Shown piece by piece: positions 1 through 7,945 of a stretch of DNA of 14,325 bases. The stretch is from contig JAYUGC010000067.1 in the NCBI GenBank assembly GCA_043767805.1, positions 1-14,325 on the forward strand. Direction: 5' to 3'. Within the stretch, counting starts at the first letter, position 1. Every line of letters begins with the position of its first letter. The notes under the pieces are model-generated. The model ran no database searches. It was not told where the DNA came from and saw nothing but the letters and a program-made list of their open reading frames with translations. Source of the stretch: Pseudomonadota bacterium. Lineage in GTDB: Bacteria; Bdellovibrionota; FAC87; UBA2466. The position numbers were made by a program, and so were the translations under genes.

Positions 1-84
1 GGCGCAGCCGCCGCTCCCACTAGAAGACATATTTAAAATGGGTTTTCGGATCCGAATCCCCCAAACCAAATTTACTCTTATGAC

Positions 85-270
85 GGGAGCGTAATTTCGA
101 ACTCCTCACAGAGTTCGTCTGATGAGGCGGGCCGGCACAAAAAGCACCTCGATCAAGTAGGCTCGAACTTCGAAAGACAAAGTAAGCTGACCCTCCTCTA
201 CCCGCGAAACGGCACCAGTGTCGGAAGGCACGCGCTCCCTATGTGGCTCGATCTTGCCGCTTTTATTTTT
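85..270 (+). ncRNA. Candidate structured non-coding RNA with hammerhead-ribozyme-like core elements (family unassigned)
   Basis: Not covered by any ORF in the supplied track. Closing helix GGGAGCGT(85-92)/GCGCTCCC(232-239). Hairpin CGAACTC/GAGTTCG (98-117). CTGATGA at 119-125. Helix GCGGG(127-131)/CCCGC(201-205) followed by GAAAC(206-210). GNRA hairpin GTGTC-GGAA-GGCAC (218-231). A -10-like TACTCT lies at 73-78 and a terminator-like hairpin plus U tract at 243-270. Confidence 0.5.
243..270 (+). terminator. Putative intrinsic terminator ending the candidate ncRNA
   Basis: GTGGC(243-247)-8 nt loop-GCCGC(256-260), followed by TTTTATTTTT. The stem is short (5 bp with one G-U). Confidence 0.45.
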
Positions 271-304
271 GACGCCTTTGCGAGCCGCCGCGCGCGAAAA
301 CTAA

Positions 305-373
305 TTCTGAGATTTAACGTGGGCTAATTTCGCTTAATTTGCCGTCAGACGCACGCTTCTGAATTAAACGTGG
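305..373 (+). repeat. Imperfect direct repeat pair upstream of the HNH gene
   Basis: TTCTGAGATTTAACGTGG (305-322) and TTCTGA-ATTAAACGTGG (357-373); 16 of 18 aligned positions identical, separated by 34 nt. Confidence 0.6.
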
Positions 374-452
374 ATGTGGTTTGCGATGACCGGCGCCGAT
401 CGGCCAGGGCCCGTCCCGCGTGCCCGAAATTTCCCATGCTAAAAATATTTTC

Positions 453-1304
453 ATGAAAGACCTAAGCCAATTCAAAGACGAAGAGATTCTCACCCAAACC
501 AAAACGCTCATTGCGACAGAAAGGAGAGCTCACGCGGAGTTCTTGATCTATCTCGCGGAAGTCGATGCACGAAAGCTCTATCTCCCCGAAGGCTATAGCT
601 CGCTGTTTAGCTTTTGTACCGGTGCGCTTGGATTATCCGAAGCTTCCGCTTCGAAGCGCATTCAGCTTGCGCGATGTTCGATTAAGTTCCCAGTCGTCCT
701 CGGGCATATTGCTCGCAATGAACTGACTCTGAGCAATGCTTCCCTTCTGGCACCTGCTCTTACTCAAGATAATCACGAGGCCCTTCTGGGCGCGGCACTT
801 CATAAGCCAAAACGCACCGTCGAAAAAATGATGGCGACGCACTTTCCGAAGCCCGATGCGCCTGAGAAGATTAAGCCCCTCAGCGCAACTCGGACGAAGT
901 TTGAGTTTTCGGCTGATGATGAGGTAGCTGCGATGTTTCGCACTTTGCAGGATCGGTTGCGGCGTAAATTTCCCGAGGGGCGCATGGAAGATATTGTGCG
1001 TGAATCGTTCCGGCTTCTTGTGGAGCAGACTAATCCCGCGCGTGAACCCTCTCGGAAAGTGACGCCTCGCCCGGTGAAGCACACCCGCCGTTCCCCGGCG
1101 AATGTAACCCGTGCGGTGTGGAAGAAAGACGGGGAGCGCTGCACCTTTGTTTCCGCGAGCGGGAAACAATGTGAAGGCACCGCCTTCTTAGAGCTCGACC
1201 ACGTCATCCCCTGGAGTCTTGGCGGTAGTTCTCAAGATGCGGCTAATTTTACCGTTCGTTGCCGAGCGCATAATGCGTGGCGAGGAGGAGCGATTAGGGC
1301 GTAG
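453..1304 (+). CDS. HNH endonuclease with DUF222/13E12-like helical N-terminal region
   Basis: C-terminal VWKKDGERCTFVSASGKQC...LELDHVIPWSLGG...N....CRAHN is a Zn-binding HNH motif. N-terminal GYSSLFSFC...LGLSEASASKRIQLAR..FP is typical of this family. ATG at 453 is preferred; in-frame GTG at 420 is the alternative. Confidence 0.85.
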   Translation: MKDLSQFKDEEILTQTKTLIATERRAHAEFLIYLAEVDARKLYLPEGYSSLFSFCTGALGLSEASASKRIQLARCSIKFPVVLGHIARNELTLSNASLLAPALTQDNHEALLGAALHKPKRTVEKMMATHFPKPDAPEKIKPLSATRTKFEFSADDEVAAMFRTLQDRLRRKFPEGRMEDIVRESFRLLVEQTNPAREPSRKVTPRPVKHTRRSPANVTRAVWKKDGERCTFVSASGKQCEGTAFLELDHVIPWSLGGSSQDAANFTVRCRAHNAWRGGAIRA

Positions 1305-1389
1305 GCACATAGAATCGCGACGCGGCTGGCCGGAGCGGCATGACAGCGAGCGTCTCCTCACGTAATATAGAATCTCACCCTCAAAGCCA

Positions 1390-2430
1390 TTGGCGCCCCC
1401 CTCTTCAAATAAGCTCAGAGTCCTGCTCCTGAGCCATCCGGACCTAGTTCCGCCTCAGGAGGCGAATAGCGCAAAGAGTAAGAACGCGCCTTGGAGCGCC
1501 GAGTTCGACGTCATGAAGGCGCTCTCGACGCTCGGGCACGAGACCCGGATTCTCGGCGTTTACGATACGGTGGACGAGCTCCGGCGCTGCCTGGAGGAAT
1601 GGCGGCCACAAATCGTTTTTAATTTGCTCGAAGAGTTCGACGGCATCGCGACCTTCGATCAAAACATCGTTTCGTTTCTGGAGCTCGCGCGTGTGCCTTA
1701 CACCGGCTGCAATCCCAGGGGCTTGATGCTCGCTCGTCAAAAGGGACTCGCCAAAATGGTGCTCGCGCATCAGGGGATCAAAACTCCCGAGTTCGAGGTG
1801 TACCCCAAAGGCCAGTACGTGCGCGCGCCCGATGACTTCCGCCATCCCTGGTTCGTGAAATCGCTCACGGAAGAGGCGAGCCTCGGCATCTCTCAGGATT
1901 CCATCGTGCGGACGCCGAAGGCTTTCGTGGAGCGCATCCGCTTCATTCACACGAAAGTGGGAACCGACGCCCTGGCCGAGCGTTACATTCATGGACGCGA
2001 GCTTTATGTGGGACTCGTCGGCAATCAGCGTCCGGAAGCGTTTCCCATTTGGGAGCTGAAATTCCGGAAGATGCCGAAAGACTTGCCCCGCATCGCGACC
2101 CGCCGGGTGAAGTTCGATCTCGAGTACCAAAAAAAGTACGGCATCACTTCGGGCCCGGCCATGGGCCTCGACGACATCAGCGTCCGCCGGATCCACTTAC
2201 TTTCAAAGCGCATCTTCTCCGCCTTGGGCCTGAACGGGTATGGCCGCATGGACTTACGGCTCACGGAAGAAGGAGAGCTCTACTTCCTGGAAGCCAATCC
2301 CAACCCGCATATTGGCCGGGAAGAAGACTTCGCCCAATCCGCCCTCAAGGCGGCAATCAGCTACCCCGCCTTGGTCGATCGCATCCTTAGACTCGGCCTA
2401 CGCTGGCAACCCCGTAGACTCGCGGCCTGA
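1390..2430 (+). CDS. D-alanine--D-alanine ligase-like ATP-grasp protein
   Basis: Motifs VFNLLE, VPYTGC, FVKS..EEASLGI, ERYIHGRE, GYGRMDLRL and YFLEANPNP (ATP-grasp ExN). The N-terminus differs from canonical Ddl. TTG start is uncertain. Confidence 0.85.
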   Translation: MAPPSSNKLRVLLLSHPDLVPPQEANSAKSKNAPWSAEFDVMKALSTLGHETRILGVYDTVDELRRCLEEWRPQIVFNLLEEFDGIATFDQNIVSFLELARVPYTGCNPRGLMLARQKGLAKMVLAHQGIKTPEFEVYPKGQYVRAPDDFRHPWFVKSLTEEASLGISQDSIVRTPKAFVERIRFIHTKVGTDALAERYIHGRELYVGLVGNQRPEAFPIWELKFRKMPKDLPRIATRRVKFDLEYQKKYGITSGPAMGLDDISVRRIHLLSKRIFSALGLNGYGRMDLRLTEEGELYFLEANPNPHIGREEDFAQSALKAAISYPALVDRILRLGLRWQPRRLAA

Positions 2431-2605
2431 GCTACTTTTCTCATCCCTTCGAAACTCCTCAGAAATCTCTCGTAGACTGCGGCGCGTCCCTCTGTAAAAG
2501 CCCAGGCGGCGATTTTCCTCCGTTCTCTCCAAGTCTTAAGGCACCCCTCCACTAGCCGTGCCCAAAATTTCGACGAATCACATAAGGTTCTCTAGCTTGA
2601 GTCGT

Positions 2606-2621
2606 TGGCCGGAGGCGTGCA
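2606..2621 (+). promoter_or_regulatory. Possible sigma54 (-24/-12) promoter
   Basis: TGGCCGGAGGCGTGCA has exact GG-N10-GC spacing, about 40 nt upstream of the GTG at 2660, with a GAGGGGGG RBS in between. Confidence 0.35.
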
Positions 2622-2659
2622 GTCTTCAGATCCGGGGATTTCTCTGAGGGGGGCTTTAG

Positions 2660-4189
2660 GTGAAACACTCCGCGACCGCATTATTCCGTGCTTTAGTCTG
2701 TATTGGCTTCACTCTAGGCTCATTCTCGTTCGCCGACACGGCGAGCGAGGACCATAGGCCCGACGAAGCGGTCGTCGAGGCGCCCGCCGCTCCGGTGAAA
2801 CCCGGCAAAGGGAGAAAGCCGAAATCCGCGACCACGGCGGGTACCGCTTCCACGAACGACAGGCCGAGCCAAGCCCAAGTCGATCAATGGGTGCGCCAGC
2901 TTCCCAAGGCCTTCGATAAAAAGTTTCGCGAAGAGTACCGAAAGTCCCTGCTTTCCGGCGGCGGATCCATCAACGTGGACGGCAGCGGAGAGGAGTCCGA
3001 GCCCAGGTCTTCCGATTCGGCGATTACCGTCGATTTAGGATCGGACGGGGAAAAGGCGGCGGCGCCCGAGACGATGCGCGAACGGCTCAAAGGTAGCTAC
3101 GTACTCGAAGTGCCTGGCGCCAACACCCGAATTGTTTTCGTGGAAAGACCACGCACGGACGGGCAATCGGTTTCGCCCGTCCCCAGTAAGAAGGACGAAA
3201 ACGGCGCGAACCAAAATAAAGTTCCGGTAAGCCAGGCTTCCGAGACGCCGGAAACCGAGGCGGGCTTGCCCACCATCATCAAGGCGAGATCGGCGAACGG
3301 TTCCAACTGGGACTTGCCCGCTCAGGCTCCCGCGGCGAAGTGGGACACCGCTCGCGCCGAAAGAGGATTTCGCGCGCTGGATACGTATCTGACCACGCCA
3401 CCTGCGTCCGCGGAAGCCGCGAGTCGCTCCGCCCCAAAAGCGGAAGGCGCCGCGAAAAAAGAAGCGAAAGAACAACCTTGGTCCGAGCAAATCGTTTATC
3501 TCGACGATGCCGAGGAAGGCCAAGAGCCCGCGGCGGGTGGCCGCTTGGCGGGACGCAGTCTCAATTCCGAAATGCGCCAGGCTTCATTCAACCGGAACGA
3601 GACCGATCTGGGCGCGATGGCAAAGGACACGTTGCAGTCATTAAAGCAACGGGCCGACCGGACGCCGCTCGCCGGCATTCTCGTAAACCTTTTGTTGATG
3701 CTCACGGGCTTCACGCTGCTTGCGCTCATGATGGCGAAACGCCGCCGGATCGCGACCGCGGGTTATCCGCCGACCGCGGTTCGAAACACCGCGGCCGTCG
3801 TGAGACAGGCTGAAGTCACGACCGAGATCGTGCCATTTACGCAGACCTATGAAGAGCCGCCTCGGCGGCCCAGCTCGCACTGGACCGAAGAAGAGGAAAC
3901 CGTCACCGACACGGCGGTGACCGCCGAGTCGAGTCTAAACGACGATATCCGCGTGGTTTTCGATCCGCGCCTCGGCCGCTGGGTCCTGAAACGCCAAGAC
4001 GAAGGCCGACTGAGCGCGGCGCTCGCGGAGCTCCAAGCCGGAACGGTGGTCCGGGGCACGGCGCTGGGCTCGACGACGCCCAACGCTCGCTACCGCTTAT
4101 CGGTCACCAATACCTGGATTCCCACGAATGAAGAGGAGCAGATCATCATCGCGGTGAAGGCTCATAATTTTCGGGCGGCTTCCCGGTAA
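2660..4189 (+). CDS. Hypothetical single-pass membrane protein with signal peptide and long low-complexity exported region
   Basis: 509-aa ORF with RBS. N-terminal signal-like MKHSATALFRALVCIGFTLGSFSFA, Ala/Pro/Glu/Ser-rich body, and TM segment LAGILVNLLLMLTGFTLLALMMA followed by KRRR. Confidence 0.7.
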   Translation: MKHSATALFRALVCIGFTLGSFSFADTASEDHRPDEAVVEAPAAPVKPGKGRKPKSATTAGTASTNDRPSQAQVDQWVRQLPKAFDKKFREEYRKSLLSGGGSINVDGSGEESEPRSSDSAITVDLGSDGEKAAAPETMRERLKGSYVLEVPGANTRIVFVERPRTDGQSVSPVPSKKDENGANQNKVPVSQASETPETEAGLPTIIKARSANGSNWDLPAQAPAAKWDTARAERGFRALDTYLTTPPASAEAASRSAPKAEGAAKKEAKEQPWSEQIVYLDDAEEGQEPAAGGRLAGRSLNSEMRQASFNRNETDLGAMAKDTLQSLKQRADRTPLAGILVNLLLMLTGFTLLALMMAKRRRIATAGYPPTAVRNTAAVVRQAEVTTEIVPFTQTYEEPPRRPSSHWTEEEETVTDTAVTAESSLNDDIRVVFDPRLGRWVLKRQDEGRLSAALAELQAGTVVRGTALGSTTPNARYRLSVTNTWIPTNEEEQIIIAVKAHNFRAASR

Positions 4190-4210
4190 AGATAGTCTAG
4201 ACTCGCCTTC

Positions 4211-6760
4211 ATGGAACGAGCTCCGGCCCGTCCCCGGCGCTCGTTGCCGGTCGACGCTCACATCGACGCGATTTTGAAATCCCTGGAAGCGTCGCCTTCG
4301 CTCGTCCTTGAAGCTCCGCCGGGAACCGGGAAAACCACGCGGGTGCCACCCGCGCTTCTCAACGCTCCTTGGAGAAAGCCCGGCGATCAAATCCTCGTGC
4401 TGGAGCCACGTCGATTGGCGGCTAAACTCGCCGCTCGTTTCGTGGCCGAGGAAGCGGGCGAAGCCGTGGGAGAGACCGTTGGTTACCAATTCCGTTTCGA
4501 GAATGTCGGTGGGCCGCGCACTAGGCTTAGGTACCTCACCGAAGGAACTCTCGTCCGCTGGCTTCTTGGCAATCCGACTTTGGACGGGGTTGCCGCTCTA
4601 GTCCTCGACGAATTTCACGAGCGCCATGTCCACACCGACATCGCCCTCGCCTATGCTAGGTGGCTGCAAAGCACGCGGCGGCCGGACCTTCGCATCCTCG
4701 TCATGTCCGCCACCCTCGACGCCGGGCCCATCGCGGCTTATCTCGGCGGATGCCCACGGCTCGCGGTGCAGGGAAGCGTCTATCCGGTGGAGATCCGGCA
4801 TCGGGCGGGGCCTTTGGCCCGCCCTCTCGATCAAGAAATACGACTTTCAGTTTCGGAGTTTCTCACTGCTCAAGCCGGCGGCGATGCCTTGGTCTTTCTT
4901 CCCGGCATGGGAGAGATCAGGAAAGCGGAAGCCGCCCTTCTCGATCTGTCCCGCCAGAAAAATTTCGACGTGCTTCCGCTCCACGGTGAGTTGACGCCCG
5001 AAGAACAAGATCGGGCGGTTCAGCGCGGCGAGCGCCGCAAAATCATTCTGTCGACTAACGTGGCTGAATCCTCCCTCACCATCGAAGGGGTAACCGGCGT
5101 CATCGATAGCGGCCTCCACCGGCGCGCGAGCCATTCCTGGTGGTCGGGATTGCCGTCGCTCAAGACTCGTCCCATTTGCCGCGCCTCCGCCATCCAGCGC
5201 GCGGGCCGCGCAGGACGTACGGCGCCGGGCCTCTGCCTGCGCCTTTATACCCAACATGATTTCAACCACCGCGCTCAAGTCGAAGTGCCCGAGCTCCACC
5301 GCACCGATCTCGCGCAAACCCTTTTGGAATTGAAAGCGACGGGACTCGTCGCGCTTTCGGAATTTCCGTGGTTCGAGCCGCCTCCCGCGGAAGCGACGAG
5401 TGCCGCCATCGATCTTCTCTTTCGGCTGGGTGCCCTCGAAGCACGAGGGCTCGAAGCTCCGCTCACTCCAATGGGCCGCAGTATGGCGCGCCTTCCGGTA
5501 GGACCGAGATTCGCGCGCCTGCTTCTCGAAGCGCAGACTCGCGGCGTTTTAGAAGAAGCCGTGAACTTCATCTCGGGCCGAATGGGCGAAGCGGAACCGC
5601 CAAGAGACGCGCTTTCCGTACGGCCGGAAGCTCCTCGAATGTTCACCGGTAAACGGGTGCGGACTCAAATCCTCGCAAATCTGCCCCAAACGCCCCGTGG
5701 CTCTGCCAGCGCCAACTGGGAAGAAGGATTGGCGCTAGCTTTCTTGGCTGGCTTTCCCGATCGCGTCGCTAGAAAACGCTCGGCTGAACAGGGAAGAGAG
5801 CGCACCAAGCAGGGCGAAGCGGAATTGGTTTTCTCGTCGGGCGGCACGGCGCGGGTGCAAGATAACGGCGCCGTTTCCCACGAGACCACCTTCGTCGTTC
5901 TCGAAGCTCAGGAAAGACAACGGCCTGGGCAAAACAAAGCGGAAGTGTTCGCCGAGTGCTTGGCTCCCATTCACGAGGAGTGGCTTTTTGATTTGGCTCC
6001 CGTCGGCGTGGAAGAGCGCACGGAGCTCAGCTGGGATGCCGCGCGCAAACGCGTCTCTGCGGCGAATCGGCTAGCTTACGATCAGCTCGTACTCGAAAAA
6101 ACTCAGACCGATCCTCCCGCCGACGAGACCACGACTCGTTTTTTGTTTCGAGAGGCCCTGGGTCTCACGATCAAGCCCGGCGAGAAACCTCCGGTCACAG
6201 CGTGGATCGATACCCTAGGCCGATTGATGGACAAGGAAACGGTGGAGAGCTATTTCGCGCGAGCGCAGCTTCTCCACAAGCACTTTCCCGACAAGGTAGC
6301 CGATCCCGCCGAGCTCGATCTTTTCTCGCGGCTCGCGGGGCCTTTGAGCGGCGTTTTCTCGCTCTCCGACCTTTCCGCTTTCGACTGGCCGGGACTTCTC
6401 GCCGAAGCACTAGCCGGAGACATGGGCCGCCGCTTTGATTCCTTGGCGCCGCAGTTTGTGACTTTGGCTCGCGGCAAGAGCGTGCGCGTACAGTACCGCT
6501 GGAATCAAACGCCTTGGATCGAATCGAAGCTGCAAGACTATTTCGGGATGCGCCAAGGCCCCGCGCTTTTAGACGGCCGGGTTCCTCTTACCCTGCATCT
6601 GCTCGCGCCGAACCAAAGAGCAGTGCAGGTCACGGGCGATCTCGCCGGTTTTTGGACGCGCCATTATCCCGAAGTCAGAAAAACCCTGAAGATCAGATAC
6701 CCGCGCCACCCCTGGCCCGAAGATCCCCATTCGCCGCCCGTCCCGCGTCCAAAGCGGTAA
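4211..6760 (+). CDS. hrpB: ATP-dependent DEAH/RHA RNA helicase HrpB
   Basis: APPGTGKTT (motif I), LEPRRLAA, DEFHER (II), MSAT (III), FLPG, TNVAESSLTI (V), QRAGRAGR (VI), and the HrpB C-terminal LLAPNQR..QVT.DL..FW...YP...YPRHPWP signature. Confidence 0.95.
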   Translation: MERAPARPRRSLPVDAHIDAILKSLEASPSLVLEAPPGTGKTTRVPPALLNAPWRKPGDQILVLEPRRLAAKLAARFVAEEAGEAVGETVGYQFRFENVGGPRTRLRYLTEGTLVRWLLGNPTLDGVAALVLDEFHERHVHTDIALAYARWLQSTRRPDLRILVMSATLDAGPIAAYLGGCPRLAVQGSVYPVEIRHRAGPLARPLDQEIRLSVSEFLTAQAGGDALVFLPGMGEIRKAEAALLDLSRQKNFDVLPLHGELTPEEQDRAVQRGERRKIILSTNVAESSLTIEGVTGVIDSGLHRRASHSWWSGLPSLKTRPICRASAIQRAGRAGRTAPGLCLRLYTQHDFNHRAQVEVPELHRTDLAQTLLELKATGLVALSEFPWFEPPPAEATSAAIDLLFRLGALEARGLEAPLTPMGRSMARLPVGPRFARLLLEAQTRGVLEEAVNFISGRMGEAEPPRDALSVRPEAPRMFTGKRVRTQILANLPQTPRGSASANWEEGLALAFLAGFPDRVARKRSAEQGRERTKQGEAELVFSSGGTARVQDNGAVSHETTFVVLEAQERQRPGQNKAEVFAECLAPIHEEWLFDLAPVGVEERTELSWDAARKRVSAANRLAYDQLVLEKTQTDPPADETTTRFLFREALGLTIKPGEKPPVTAWIDTLGRLMDKETVESYFARAQLLHKHFPDKVADPAELDLFSRLAGPLSGVFSLSDLSAFDWPGLLAEALAGDMGRRFDSLAPQFVTLARGKSVRVQYRWNQTPWIESKLQDYFGMRQGPALLDGRVPLTLHLLAPNQRAVQVTGDLAGFWTRHYPEVRKTLKIRYPRHPWPEDPHSPPVPRPKR

Positions 6761-6859
6761 GTGAGGAATTTGCGGGCCTCCGGCTAACTTATGCCCGTAG
6801 TCCAGGAGTGGGCAGTGCGGGAAAGCCTGGAACGCCCATTGCAGCCTAAACTCACGCCC

Positions 6860-7945
6860 ATGGCTTGGATTAAATACTTCATTTTACTGTTTCTCGCCGG
6901 CGCGGCCTTCGCGGAGCCGGCTCAGGTCCGGCGTTTCGAAGCGCCTCTCGAGCGCTTGCGCACTCTCTTTGCCTCCAACGACCCCACCACCGTTGTCGAC
7001 GAGCTCGTGAAAGGTGGTCGCGGCCCTCTTTTCGCGGTCGAAGGCCTGGCGCGGTTGTATGAAGGTCAGCACCCAAAGGCCATGGGAAATCTCAGGGAAG
7101 AAGCGAAATGGCTCGAAGACCGCATCGGAAAGCTCGTCGATCACGGTGAGCACATCAAATATACGACCCAAGTCGGAGTGCAACCGGCGACCCTCGCTCA
7201 TCTCATCAAAGTGCAGGCCGACTACCGCGAAGCGCTTTCGAAGGAGTTGAAAGAAAAAGGCTGGGCCGGCACGTCGTTCATCGATTCTTGGAGTGAGCAG
7301 GTGAAAGCCCCCAAATGGGAGTCCAAGAAGGACGATCGTCAGTATGTTCTCGAACAACTCCTCGATCTCAATCAGGAGCTTCGTAAAGAGAAATGGGACA
7401 TTCGCGATCTGCAAAACGGGCTTCACGACTTTCGCCGCCGCACTCGTTGGATGACCATTTACCTGACCGCCCTGGGAGGCCTCATCGAGTTCGACGGGCG
7501 ACCCTTGGAAAGGTTTGCCGGCATTCTCGAAGATCCCATCACGAAAAGCCCCTACGGTGTTTTGGGCAAAGGCGAGCGGGATAAATTTCCGATTTTGGTT
7601 CCCCGAGAGATTTTCCTTGAGCTCGCCAAAGCCATCGAAGAGCTGGGCTTTGCCAAAGATACAGGAGAAGCGAGCTTCGAATGGCTTCCCGAAGCTCTAG
7701 TGGCGAGCGGAGAATCGAAAGACCACAAAGCAGCCCTAAAGAAAGCCGCGACTCTGGTCAAAAAGCATCCGACCTATCGCCCGGTGTTTGAGACCGGCGA
7801 GAACATCTTGGCTCATCTTCGGGCAAACGATCCTAAAGCCGAAGATAAAACCTCGAGTGGCATTCTTTCCGCTTTAAAGCACGTGCTCGAAGAGCAATTC
7901 GATTGGAAGCTTGCCGACTGCCGGCGCGCCTTGAGTCAGCTCTAA
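6860..7945 (+). CDS. Secreted hypothetical protein, CHAD-like helical domain
   Basis: ATG 6860 gives the signal peptide MAWIKYFILLFLAGAAFA; the ORF is open from 6791. KWLEDRIGKLVD, LHDFRRRTRW and ELGFAKD resemble CHAD motifs (LH..R+..+ and L...LG...D). Confidence 0.6.
   Translation: MAWIKYFILLFLAGAAFAEPAQVRRFEAPLERLRTLFASNDPTTVVDELVKGGRGPLFAVEGLARLYEGQHPKAMGNLREEAKWLEDRIGKLVDHGEHIKYTTQVGVQPATLAHLIKVQADYREALSKELKEKGWAGTSFIDSWSEQVKAPKWESKKDDRQYVLEQLLDLNQELRKEKWDIRDLQNGLHDFRRRTRWMTIYLTALGGLIEFDGRPLERFAGILEDPITKSPYGVLGKGERDKFPILVPREIFLELAKAIEELGFAKDTGEASFEWLPEALVASGESKDHKAALKKAATLVKKHPTYRPVFETGENILAHLRANDPKAEDKTSSGILSALKHVLEEQFDWKLADCRRALSQL

Noticed and set aside
1..30. Possible minus-strand gene start (ATG at 30, MSSSGSGGCA) leaving the window
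   Set aside because: Only 10 codons visible and no clear RBS.
85..240. 6S RNA, SRP RNA or a known riboswitch
   Set aside because: Short words resemble 6S (GTTCG..GCGGGCC, CGGCAC) and SRP (GGAA loop), but the long 6S rod and spacing and the SRP AGCAG motif are absent. No riboswitch consensus I know fits. Only an Rfam scan can exclude these fully.
311..324. Pistol-ribozyme-like CCACGTTAAAT on the minus strand
   Set aside because: The pairing partner and remaining pistol elements are missing.
305..373. CRISPR array
   Set aside because: Only two short non-identical repeats and no cas genes in the window.
287..1326. Imperfect inverted repeat flanking the HNH gene (GCCGCGCGCGA / TCGCGACGCGGC)
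   Set aside because: Short, gapped, low-complexity CG sequence with no target-site duplication; likely chance.
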